From contig JAXMOL010000028.1 of assembly GCA_034669905.1 (NCBI GenBank), positions 28,244 through 92,243 of the forward strand: a DNA stretch of 64,000 bases, read 5' to 3'. This document shows, piece by piece, positions 11,187-19,885 of the stretch; positions within the stretch are counted from its first letter, which is position 1, and each line of letters opens with the position of its first letter. The notes beneath the pieces are model-generated. The model searched no databases, was not told the origin of the DNA, and was given only the letters and a program-made list of their open reading frames with translations. The DNA is from Candidatus Hydrogenedentota bacterium. Lineage in GTDB: Bacteria; Hydrogenedentota; Hydrogenedentia; Hydrogenedentales; JAEUWI01. The position numbers and the translations under genes are program-made.

Positions 11187-11769
11187 CGCCCAGGGCCTCC
11201 GACAACAGCGCCTGAACCGGTTCCGAAAGTGTCAATTTCATCGCGTGTCGCTTCCCCTGCTCGGACATCTTACTCCAGGTTTTCCGGATAATACCGATCA
11301 TTTTTTCATGTTCCGTTTTCGCCGCAAAGTCGGCAATATGAAACTCGAGGAACACCAGGCACGCCGCATCTTCCAAGGCCCGCGTATCCGGGTCGTTGTG
11401 GAGATTCTTCTTGTGCAACAGGAAAGACACCCGCTCGATCTCGGCTTCATCGGCCCCGTGAGCACGCATGATTTCCGCCACCTTCTCGGCATGGAAGTCA
11501 TACAACCCACGACGCCATGTCAGGTAACCCTTACGATCCATGGGGTAGTCGCTGCGGGGATGCTCCCAACGGCAAATGTGTTGCCCCCGGGCGGCGATGC
11601 GCAGCGCGTCGTCGGCTTCAGGACACAACTCCATCAGCCACGTACTCATCCGCAGGCCATAGAGCAACTCCTTCGGATGGGCCACCCCGTTCCATTCTTC
11701 CTTGTTCGGGTCTGCGCTGTTGGCCGTGTCGATATCGGCCAGAATCGATATGCGTGTAACCTCGTCCAT
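11179..11769 (-). CDS. DUF4202 family protein
   Basis: IDTANSADPN, AARGQHICRWEHPRSDYP, LEDAACLVFL and KTWSKMS motifs. ATG 11769 has a GGAG RBS, so the longer track ORF is over-extended. Confidence 0.8.
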   Translation of the reverse strand: MDEVTRISILADIDTANSADPNKEEWNGVAHPKELLYGLRMSTWLMELCPEADDALRIAARGQHICRWEHPRSDYPMDRKGYLTWRRGLYDFHAEKVAEIMRAHGADEAEIERVSFLLHKKNLHNDPDTRALEDAACLVFLEFHIADFAAKTEHEKMIGIIRKTWSKMSEQGKRHAMKLTLSEPVQALLSEALGDA

Positions 11770-11931
11770 GCTGCTCCTTCCTTCAAGTTGGTGTGCCCAT
11801 TGTACCCCGTATGAGAGCCACAGGGAAACGAAGACGAAGCGCTTCCCGCTCCATTGATAACATGCGTCGCCCTCGCCTACCATGGCGGGGTATACCGCGT
11901 GAATAACACCCCCTAAGAATGGAGACGTTTC

Positions 11932-13281
11932 ATGACATCCAACCCGTCCTTCTCCCTCAATCGTCGCCAGCTCCTGATGGCTGCCGGTGGCGCGACGGCC
12001 GCCCTCCTCACCGGCATCCCCACCAACGCCGCGCCCATGCCCGACGTCCGGGCGCCACGGGCCACGTCGGGCGACACGCGTCATGAGCCCAATTGGGAAG
12101 AACGCCTCACCCTTACGGTGGGACCGGATAAGGCCGATATCGTGGGCACCAATGACAAGGCCATCCAGGCCGCCGTCGATTATATCGCCCGCCTCGGTGG
12201 GGGTACGGTGCAGGTTATGCCCGGCACCTACCGCCTGCGCAATTCCATCTTTCTCCGCAAAGGCGTCCGCCTCCGGGGCAGTGGCACCGACTCCATGCTC
12301 TTCAAGGAAGCTTCCCACGAAACGGTATTGGCCGCCGATTCGGATTGGTTCGACCAGGAAGTGACGCTGGAAAATGCCGACGGCTTCCAGGTGGGCGATG
12401 GCGTTATCCTGGAATCAAAGAACCCCCACACCGATGGCGTAGATATCTTATGCCGCACCCTCGTGGCCCGCAGTGGCAACCGCTTCAAACTGGACCGGGC
12501 GCTGCGGAAAAACTTCTGGACCATGATGACCCCCACGGTCTCGTCCCGCTTCGCCATGATTACCGCCGAAGAAACCTCGGGCTTTGCCGTCGAAAATATC
12601 GCCCTGGATGGCAACCGGGACAACAACACCAACATCAACGGCAACTATGCCGGTGCACTGTGGTTTCAGGATTGCACGGACATCGACCTCAAGGGACTGG
12701 ATGTGCGCAACTACAACGGCGACGCCATCAGTTTTCAGATTTGCCACGATGTGTCCGTCGAAGGCTGCGAGATTCATAACAACGCCGACCTGGGCCTCCA
12801 CCCGGGCTCCGGCTCCCAACGGCCCCGCATGGTGAACAACCGGGTGTCGGGCTCCAATATCGGCATCTTCTTCTGCTGGGGCGTCAAATATGGCCTGGCG
12901 GAAAACAACCACCTCTCCGAAAACAATTATGGCGTCTCCATCGGACACCACGACGACGAGAACCTGGTCATCGACAACGACATCCAACGCAGCCACATCA
13001 ATGGCCTGGTCTTCCGTCCCGAACGGGGTGAAGGCTTCACGGCCAAGGGCAACCGCATCGAAAACAACCGCATCGTGGACACCGGTGGCGATGCGGGCAT
13101 CGCGGTGGACGTGCAGGGCGTTACCGCCAACAACAGCCTCATACGGAATACGATTAAGGAGACCCGTGGCCCTGCCCAGCGCACGGGTATCAAGCTGGGT
13201 GAAGAGGTGGGCGCCATGGAGCTGGTGGAGAATGCGATAGAAGGTTTTGCCACGGACATCCGTGATCTGCGCAAGGCGTGA
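11932..13281 (+). CDS. Tat-exported right-handed parallel beta-helix protein (pectate-lyase-like)
   Basis: NRRQLL twin-arginine signal, AIQAAVD..GGGTVQVMPGTY and Asn-ladder repeats. Confidence 0.8.
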   Translation: MTSNPSFSLNRRQLLMAAGGATAALLTGIPTNAAPMPDVRAPRATSGDTRHEPNWEERLTLTVGPDKADIVGTNDKAIQAAVDYIARLGGGTVQVMPGTYRLRNSIFLRKGVRLRGSGTDSMLFKEASHETVLAADSDWFDQEVTLENADGFQVGDGVILESKNPHTDGVDILCRTLVARSGNRFKLDRALRKNFWTMMTPTVSSRFAMITAEETSGFAVENIALDGNRDNNTNINGNYAGALWFQDCTDIDLKGLDVRNYNGDAISFQICHDVSVEGCEIHNNADLGLHPGSGSQRPRMVNNRVSGSNIGIFFCWGVKYGLAENNHLSENNYGVSIGHHDDENLVIDNDIQRSHINGLVFRPERGEGFTAKGNRIENNRIVDTGGDAGIAVDVQGVTANNSLIRNTIKETRGPAQRTGIKLGEEVGAMELVENAIEGFATDIRDLRKA

Positions 13282-13341
13282 AGGGGGTTGTCAACCTCAA
13301 AGAAATTAGCGCAGCCGTTGGCCGCAACCCCAAAAAGCTGA

Positions 13342-13623
13342 ACCACGAATAAACACGAATTCACACAAATTTTATTGGCCGCAGAAGAACGTAAGGAACG
13401 CAGAGACGAAGTATTCTCTACGGTTCGCTATGTCTTTGTGGTGAGAAAGCACTGGAGGGCAATCAACATGATTGACCACGGATAAAACGGATAGGACGGA
13501 TGTGTTGAAATGAATACCTACCGCTACTCGGCTTCGCACAATTCATACTCACGATGGATTCGTTGAGCCAACGTGCTTTGAGTCTCTGTTCCTCTATCCG
13601 TACTATCCGATTAATCCGTGGTC
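13342..13623. repeat. 9-nt-periodic REP-like inverted repeats (CACGAA/CACGGAT family)
   Basis: accacgaataaacacgaattcacac at 13342. accacggataaaacggataggacgga at about 13475 pairs with tatccgtactatccgattaatccgtggtc at about 13595-13623. Confidence 0.65.
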
Positions 13624-13781
13624 AAAATTCGGAATTTTTCCCGCCCTGATTTAAGCTTCTAACCCTAGAAAAAGGTGATACGAACTCTCGTACTCTATTC
13701 TCTCGTCGAATGGATAAGATAACGCGGGAAAGTAGTGCAAAGAGCACAGAAACACGAAAAGCCCGTCAACTACGTGTGGAG

Positions 13782-13830
13782 GGTGTCCCCTTACGCGGAG
13801 GAGCGAAGCGGGGGAGCTTATGGGTGTTCC
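13782..13830. repeat. REP-like GGGTGCCACCC family copy
   Basis: gggtgtccccttacgcggaggagcgaagcgggggagcttatgggtg matches segments at 22750, 32929 and 56074. Confidence 0.65.
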
Positions 13831-13886
13831 TATCTCTGCATAGATACAGGGTGCGGCTGGACAAACAAGAGAACGCAATATTGCGA

Positions 13887-13974
13887 CCGTCATCCCCGCG
13901 AAGGCGGGGATCCAGTAGCGCAAACATAGGAAACGATGATACTCCCTGGATTCCCGCCTTTGCGGGAATGACGG
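13887..13974. repeat. Paired GTCATTCCCGCGAAGGCGGGAATCCA-type palindromic repeat
   Basis: ccgtcatccccgcgaaggcggggatccag ... ctggattcccgcctttgcgggaatgacgg. Further copies at 51353 and 57779. Confidence 0.85.
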
Positions 13975-14050
13975 CTTCCGCCCCTCTGAAGAACACCATG
14001 AACACACGCTACGTGACCTCGAAAACCAACGACCCGTGGATAGGATTCCC

Positions 14051-15319
14051 ATGAACAAGCTACATCCCCCATTCCTTCTTGCTGTCCTCCTGCTATCGTT
14101 CCCCTTCACCGTGCACGCCGACTCCGCGGCCGCCCGGGCGGAACTCCTCGGACAATTTGGCGACACGGTCTACCAGGCCCCATCCGTCCACCGCGTGCCC
14201 GAAATGGACCAAGGGCCCATCCAGGCCATCTATTATGACGGACTCGATTACGAGGGCAAGCCCACCCGCGTCTTCGCCTATATCGGCATTCCCGAAGCCC
14301 CGGAAGGCAAGCAACTCCCGGGCATGGTGCTGGCCCACGGCGGCGGCGGCACGGCCTTTCCCCAGTGGGTCCAGGTCTGGTACGACCAGGGCTACGCCAG
14401 CATTTCCATGGACCTCACGGGACATCTCCCCTCGGAGGACGGCTGGAAACGGGGCAAACCCCACGAGCACGGCGGCCCCCACCACACCGGTATGTTTGAC
14501 GACGTGGACAAGCCGCGCGATGCACAATGGATGTACCACGCCGTGGCCGACATCATGCTCGCCAACTCCCTCCTCCGCGCCAACGACACGGTCGACGCGG
14601 AACGCATTGGCCTCACGGGTATCAGTTGGGGCGGCGTGCTCAGCAGCCTGACCGCCGGGGTGGATGACCGCTTCGTATTCGCCGCGCCGGTCTATGGCTG
14701 TGGCTACCTTTACGATTCGAAAGGTCACTTTAACCGCATGGGCGCGACGGATGACACCGAATTGGAGAAGAAAAAGTACTGGGACCCGGCACGTTTCTTT
14801 ACCGGTGCCCCAATGCCCATGGTCTGGGTGAATGGCGACAACGACCCCCACTTTTCCGCGGACGTGTTGACCCGCTCCCATATCAGCGCGGGCCCCGGGT
14901 CCACCCTCTCCATCCACCCCCGCATGCCCCACGGCCACGGCCCCGGCTGGGAGATAAAGTACGTCCCCGAAATCTATGCCACGGCCGACCACCTGCTGAA
15001 GGGCGAGGGTACGCCGCTGGCCCGCATTACGGAACAACCAGAAGTCGGCGACGCGGGCTCCGTCCGTCTCCGCTACGAAAGCGAACAGCCCATCACCGCC
15101 GCCACGCTTTACGCCATGGTTGGCCCCTACGAATATGCGACGCCCGAAGGCAAGCGTCACCTCGATCTCGTGAACCCCTTCGAGGCCCATGACGCAGCCC
15201 TCGACGCCGAAAACAAGACCGTCACCGCCACCCTGCCCGAAGGATGCACCTACTTCTACCTCAACCTCACAGATGACCGGGGCTGCATCGTGTCGTCCAA
15301 CGTGATAAACGCCGAATAA
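14051..15319 (+). CDS. Secreted alpha/beta-hydrolase (acetylxylan-esterase/dipeptidyl-peptidase-like)
   Basis: Signal peptide, GMVLAHGGGG, the nucleophile elbow GISWGG and HGH. Confidence 0.8.
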   Translation: MNKLHPPFLLAVLLLSFPFTVHADSAAARAELLGQFGDTVYQAPSVHRVPEMDQGPIQAIYYDGLDYEGKPTRVFAYIGIPEAPEGKQLPGMVLAHGGGGTAFPQWVQVWYDQGYASISMDLTGHLPSEDGWKRGKPHEHGGPHHTGMFDDVDKPRDAQWMYHAVADIMLANSLLRANDTVDAERIGLTGISWGGVLSSLTAGVDDRFVFAAPVYGCGYLYDSKGHFNRMGATDDTELEKKKYWDPARFFTGAPMPMVWVNGDNDPHFSADVLTRSHISAGPGSTLSIHPRMPHGHGPGWEIKYVPEIYATADHLLKGEGTPLARITEQPEVGDAGSVRLRYESEQPITAATLYAMVGPYEYATPEGKRHLDLVNPFEAHDAALDAENKTVTATLPEGCTYFYLNLTDDRGCIVSSNVINAE

Positions 15320-15326
15320 ATAGGAT

Positions 15327-15354
15327 GGGGACCCGGCCAATTGACCGGGTCCCC
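15327..15354. terminator. Hairpin between convergent genes, probable terminator
   Basis: GGGGACCCGG / CCGGGTCCCC perfect 10-bp stem. There is no strong U-tract. Confidence 0.55.
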
Positions 15355-15406
15355 GAGAATCTATCTTGAACGCCATCAGGGCTATGCCCAGGCGGAATAC
15401 CTGTCC

Positions 15407-15604
15407 CTACTCCAGACCGGTGTACGTAATGGTGCTCGTCTCCAAAGACATTTTCTTTTCGGTTCGGGCCGCCTCGCGCACCTTCTGCACCGCAGGAAGC
15501 AAAAGGCCAATGCCTCCCTTTACCTGCTCCATCTCCTCGTCGGTCATTTCGATTTCATCGGACTTCGTGGCTTCGTTCAATTCGTTTACCTTGATGTCTT
15601 TCAT
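15407..15604 (-). CDS. Small peptide: double-glycine leader plus pilin/DUF1559-like core
   Basis: EMTDEEMEQVKGG|IGLLLPAVQKVREAAR. GGAGGA RBS just upstream, own promoter region and a downstream hairpin. Confidence 0.85.
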   Translation of the reverse strand: MKDIKVNELNEATKSDEIEMTDEEMEQVKGGIGLLLPAVQKVREAARTEKKMSLETSTITYTGLE

Positions 15605-15707
15605 CGCTCATTCCTCCAGTTTCTGATGCGAAACTTGTTCTATTTTCCCTGCAACCCTGGGCCGAGTCGCTGTCGTGCCCTGCGCACCGTGACGCATGGG
15701 AAGTTAG

Positions 15708-15723
15708 AGCGACTATCATGCCA
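15708..15723 (-). promoter_or_regulatory. Putative sigma54 -24/-12 promoter of the small peptide gene
   Basis: Minus strand reads TGGCATGATAGTCGCT, i.e. GG-N10-GC spacing, about 100 nt upstream of the ATG. Confidence 0.65.
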
Positions 15724-16070
15724 AAACTGGATTAGTCTGTAATTCATTGCTATATACGCCCTTATCCACATACGCCACATTTCTGACAGCCCGGCATGGC
15801 TCTACAAAACGATACCCGATGGTTGCGAACCGATACCCCAACGGATCGAACAACGCAGGGTCACAACAAAATAGACGTATCCAGGCGCCTACCATTGAAT
15901 TACTGATTCAAAGGGGTGTCTCCATCCAAGGAATGGTTGTCTATGGAGGGAGCTTTACTTGCGGCCAATTGCCACCCACCGCAAGGCACCCGCGATGCGT
16001 GAAAAAGAGCAGGTGGAACGGCGTGTCATCCGTCGCGAAATGACCGCCACGGCGGCTATCCCACAATCGT

Positions 16071-16940
16071 TCACCCGCCCGTGATGAATTCTACGGCGGT
16101 GCGGACCACCGCAGGATCTTTCAGTATCCGTCGATGACCAAGGCCTTCGGTGGCCATGTGCTCCCCACGGCGCAAACTCTCGTAGAGGGCATACCCTTCG
16201 CTATAGGGCACTTCCCGATCCCCCGTGTCGTGAATCACCAGCGTCGGGGGGTGGTGCTCCTTGTCATCTCCCAGAAAGGACACCGTCGTGGGGTCGCCGT
16301 CAAAGCGTCGGCCCAGATGTTTCAACGCACCGTTATAGATGCTCTCAGGCAACTGAAGGATCGACCGGAACCGGTGGAGCACGCTGGCCAGGCGGTCGGG
16401 CACACCGATGAGCACCACCCGGGCAGGGCGAAATCCAAGGCCCAGGGCATGTTGCGTTGCTGCCCCACCAAAGGAATGGGCCACCACCCCGTGGATGGGA
16501 CCGTGGGCAGCCGCGATGGTCATCAACGACGTGGCGAAGTGGTGGCCATCGGTGCGCTTGCCGTCGGACTTACCATGGGCGGGCCCGTCATAGGCCACGA
16601 CCGTGTAGCCTGCCGCCACAAGGGGGCGCACAAAGTGACCGAGTTGGGCACCGCGCCCTTCCCAGCCATGTATCAGCAGCACGGTCGGTCCACGACCCCA
16701 ACGGTGACCATGGAGTGTCGCGCCTGCGTGGTTAAGGATAAGGGCCTCGCCTTCGGCCTTGATCTCGGCTTCGAAGCTTGGAGGGGTATAACGGCGGGGC
16801 GTGGTAAAGAGACGGCAGGCCAGGCGACCTCCCAATTCGGGGGCCACGAAGGACAACACACGAAATCCCGTACGAAAAACACGCAGCACGCGCCGTTCGC
16901 CGGGCCGCATGGGCAGGGCAACAGAGTGGGCATCAGACAT
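16071..16940 (-). CDS. Alpha/beta-fold hydrolase
   Basis: LLIHGWEG, AYDGPAHG, AHSFGG, HDTGDREVP and GLGHRRIL motifs. Confidence 0.9.
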   Translation of the reverse strand: MSDAHSVALPMRPGERRVLRVFRTGFRVLSFVAPELGGRLACRLFTTPRRYTPPSFEAEIKAEGEALILNHAGATLHGHRWGRGPTVLLIHGWEGRGAQLGHFVRPLVAAGYTVVAYDGPAHGKSDGKRTDGHHFATSLMTIAAAHGPIHGVVAHSFGGAATQHALGLGFRPARVVLIGVPDRLASVLHRFRSILQLPESIYNGALKHLGRRFDGDPTTVSFLGDDKEHHPPTLVIHDTGDREVPYSEGYALYESLRRGEHMATEGLGHRRILKDPAVVRTAVEFITGG

Positions 16941-16961
16941 AGCGCATTCACCTCGCCGTCA

Positions 16962-16990
16962 ATTATACCTACCGTACGGTAGATCGTCAA
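16962..16990 (-). promoter_or_regulatory. Sigma70 promoter with a palindromic operator in the spacer
   Basis: TTGACG-N17-TATAAT on the minus strand. The spacer holds the perfect palindrome CTACCGTACGGTAG (16969-16982). Confidence 0.8.
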
Positions 16991-17023
16991 GTAACCCCAA
17001 GTCCCGCCCCGATGAAGAGCAGG

Positions 17024-18247
17024 TCAGTCACTACGGGCGCCATACACGAGTACCCCGTCGCGCCCCGATTCCGCCAGGTAACCCCGTGCGGCAAAAACAT
17101 AGCTTTCAGGACCCCTTACCGACACGACGGTATTAAACATGTACAAGGAGGTGGGCCCCCGTCGTTTCCATTCCCGGGCACCTGCGTCGTCGAGTTTTAT
17201 CGCCACGGCCCGACTGCGCCCATAGCCCGCCCCTTCCGACCCGGAAAGGAGGTATCCCCCATCGGCCGTCGGCACCATGCGGTCATAGGAGGCCGTAAGG
17301 GTGTCGCCATCAACCGGCACCCGCGCCCGCTCGACTCCCTGCTGGTCGACGGTAATAAGGATGGACTCCTCAAACACGTCGCCTTCTTTTCCCAGCACGA
17401 AGAACTGACCATCCTCCCGCTCCCGAAAATCAGAGGCGGAAATACGGGCCGTGTTTTCAACAAATCGGGTGGGCCGGGCGAGGATGGTATGCCACCGAAC
17501 CACCCCCTCGGGAGTCAATCGGGTCAGACTGGGTTCGGATTGCTGGGTGTTATAGACGCCGGGCCCATCCACTCCAAGGACCATCAAATCACCATTACGG
17601 TATTCCCGTATCCGAATCGCATCTTCAAATTGTGCCGTGCCGTAGGTTTGCGTCCACAGCACGTTGCCCGCACCATCCAGTTTCGCGAGGTAGCGATCGG
17701 AAACACCTTCCCCAAAGGATTCCGTGAAGCCCGCCAGCACATAGCCCCCATCCCGGGTCGCCACCACCGATCGGGCACCGTCGAAGTAGCGTCCACCAAT
17801 GCGGGCGCTCCATTCCTCGGTGCCATCCGCCGCGGCCTTCATAATATACATATCGGTTCGCCCTGCGGAATCCGACCGCGATAACCCCGCAAGCACGAAT
17901 CCCCCATCGCCCGACACAATCAATCCGCCCCCTTCTCCTGGCGCCGATTCGGCATAGGCCCGGGACCACCGCACCGTTCCCTGGCCATCCAGGCGATAGA
18001 CGACAGGACTGGTGTTCTCCGAATTTTCGCCCACGCCCGTGCCCAACACCAGCACGTCCCCGTTGCTCCCGACGGCCATATCGGCCACGTCCATCATACC
18101 GGGACTGCTGATTCCTCCCATCCAGTCAAGGGTGAGTGAAGGGAGCAAGGCACCGGGACAGCCCACCAACCCCATCGCAGCAAGCACCCCTATCAGGCGA
18201 CGGCCGTAGCCGTGAAACAAGACCTTCTGCACACGATTAATTGCCAT
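17024..18247 (-). CDS. Putative lipoprotein with beta-propeller-like repeats
   Basis: Lipobox LVGC and repeated DGGYVLAG / KLDGAGNVLWTQTYG units. Confidence 0.75.
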   Translation of the reverse strand: MAINRVQKVLFHGYGRRLIGVLAAMGLVGCPGALLPSLTLDWMGGISSPGMMDVADMAVGSNGDVLVLGTGVGENSENTSPVVYRLDGQGTVRWSRAYAESAPGEGGGLIVSGDGGFVLAGLSRSDSAGRTDMYIMKAAADGTEEWSARIGGRYFDGARSVVATRDGGYVLAGFTESFGEGVSDRYLAKLDGAGNVLWTQTYGTAQFEDAIRIREYRNGDLMVLGVDGPGVYNTQQSEPSLTRLTPEGVVRWHTILARPTRFVENTARISASDFREREDGQFFVLGKEGDVFEESILITVDQQGVERARVPVDGDTLTASYDRMVPTADGGYLLSGSEGAGYGRSRAVAIKLDDAGAREWKRRGPTSLYMFNTVVSVRGPESYVFAARGYLAESGRDGVLVYGARSD

Positions 18248-19442
18248 CAGCGCTTACCTTTACCAGCAGGGCGGCGACGCCGGCGCCCGTTGCGGTCTCC
18301 CTGCTGAAATCGACACTCCTCCCCACCACCAGACCGGTGCCATCGTCGTTGGCGATGATTCCATAGCCGGATGCAACGGACTTGGGGGAATAAACCCGAC
18401 TCCACAGCAATTCCCCGGCCCCATCCACCTTGGTTACAAACGCATAGCTACAGAAGGAATCGTAGGCCGCCCCCGTAAGCAGCACGTTTCCCTCCGGATC
18501 CATCGCGCCTCCACTCGGATAGAAATACCGATAGTACGGCTCGGGAGCAATCAATTTCTCCCACATCAGGCCACCCTGGGCATCTACCGCCACCACATAG
18601 TTCACATCCTCTGAGCTACCCGTGAGGAGATAACCGCCTGTCGGGAGGATGGAGAGGGACGCCGCAATGTTACTGCGCGAATACCCAAAGGTTTCCTCCC
18701 ATTGTACGACGCCATCTTCATCCGTCTTAACGAGATAAAAATCGGTCACATTGTGGCCCATGGATTCGGAATCACCCAGCAGGATAAAGCCACCATCGTC
18801 GGTCATTGCCAAATCCGCCGCTATCTCATTGCCCGACCCGCCATAGGTCGCGGACCACTGCACATTGCCCGCGCTATCCAATCGGTGGAGCTGCATATCC
18901 GTGCCCCCGGACCCCGTGGAATCCGTCGTACCCAACACCATATAGCCGTCCGGCAGCACAACCATATCGGCCGCCACGTCCTTCCCCGTGCCACCAAATC
19001 GTTTTTCCCACTGCAAGGAACCCCGGGCCGATGTTGCCATGAGGAGGTAGTCCGTTTGCGCGCCATCGCGTGTGGCACCCACGTTGCCCAGTATCAGAAA
19101 GTTCTCCCCCACCTCCGCCACACGATGGCCCCGGGAAAGACCGGAAGCGGATTCAATGGAAGCCGTCCAGCGTTGGTTTCCCTGGTCATCGGTGCGCACA
19201 AGCAGAACATCGCCCAAGAAATTATAGCCGTCCGAAACGATGCCAACCAGCAACAGATCGTCATTGCGGAGCCTTGTAATGGAGAAGGCCTCGCTCGCCC
19301 GTTCCTGATGGGTATATTCGTGCTGAGAGACCGGCGTGTCGGGATTGGGATCGCAGCCATCGCGAATAATACATCCCGAGAGTGCACCGAACCCCGTGAG
19401 CACAGCCGCCAATCCAAGAAGTGTGCGCCCTGCGATGCCCAT
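18237..19442 (-). CDS. Putative lipoprotein with beta-propeller-like repeats (paralog of the downstream gene)
   Basis: Lipobox LSGC and repeated DGGFILLG / KTDEDGVVQWEETFG units. Confidence 0.75.
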   Translation of the reverse strand: MGIAGRTLLGLAAVLTGFGALSGCIIRDGCDPNPDTPVSQHEYTHQERASEAFSITRLRNDDLLLVGIVSDGYNFLGDVLLVRTDDQGNQRWTASIESASGLSRGHRVAEVGENFLILGNVGATRDGAQTDYLLMATSARGSLQWEKRFGGTGKDVAADMVVLPDGYMVLGTTDSTGSGGTDMQLHRLDSAGNVQWSATYGGSGNEIAADLAMTDDGGFILLGDSESMGHNVTDFYLVKTDEDGVVQWEETFGYSRSNIAASLSILPTGGYLLTGSSEDVNYVVAVDAQGGLMWEKLIAPEPYYRYFYPSGGAMDPEGNVLLTGAAYDSFCSYAFVTKVDGAGELLWSRVYSPKSVASGYGIIANDDGTGLVVGRSVDFSRETATGAGVAALLVKVSADGN

Positions 19443-19885
19443 TAATTACCCTCCAATGGGCTGCCGCCCGAGTCATTGCGCTAGTACTGCGTGGCACCAT
19501 TATAGGCCCTTTTCCAACAGCCGTTCAATCAGCGGCGAGGCACTTCGAGACACCCCACTATTGTGCGAGAGTCGGGAGGAAAGCCCCCAGGGTTCACCTA
19601 CCGAAAAGACGTACGTCGGGTGCCACGGACACGGGGCGAAAGCCCTCGCCCGTGCGCAACATGCGACCTGCAACGCAGAACAAGGCCGGGACACTATCCC
19701 CGCCCGCCAGGGGAAAGCCCACCGGGCTTGTTCGGGACACCCAGACATCGTTCTTCGTTTCGCAGCGATAACTGCCACACCCGCCCTTCCGCCGCTCCCC
19801 GTCCGCCCGGGGATTGGCCCAACGTGGGCAGAATACGCTACACTGACCGGGAGGCACGTGGAATACATGAGGTAGAAACAAAACG

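Noticed and set aside
13651..14166. ORFs spanning the 13.7-14.0 kb intergenic region
   Set aside because: Translations such as WIPAFAGMT come from the palindromic repeat, so these are not genes.
15407..15604. Canonical type IV prepilin or lanthipeptide precursor
   Set aside because: There is no G|FTLxE cleavage site or long hydrophobic helix, no Cys, and no modifying enzyme nearby. It is kept only as the hybrid described in the findings.
19570..19760. RNase P RNA (GAGGAAAG...GGGTGCCA...TGCAAC resemblance)
   Set aside because: It lacks the conserved GAGGAAAGTCC and the 3' AGAACCCGGCTTA-type core. The similarity is superficial.
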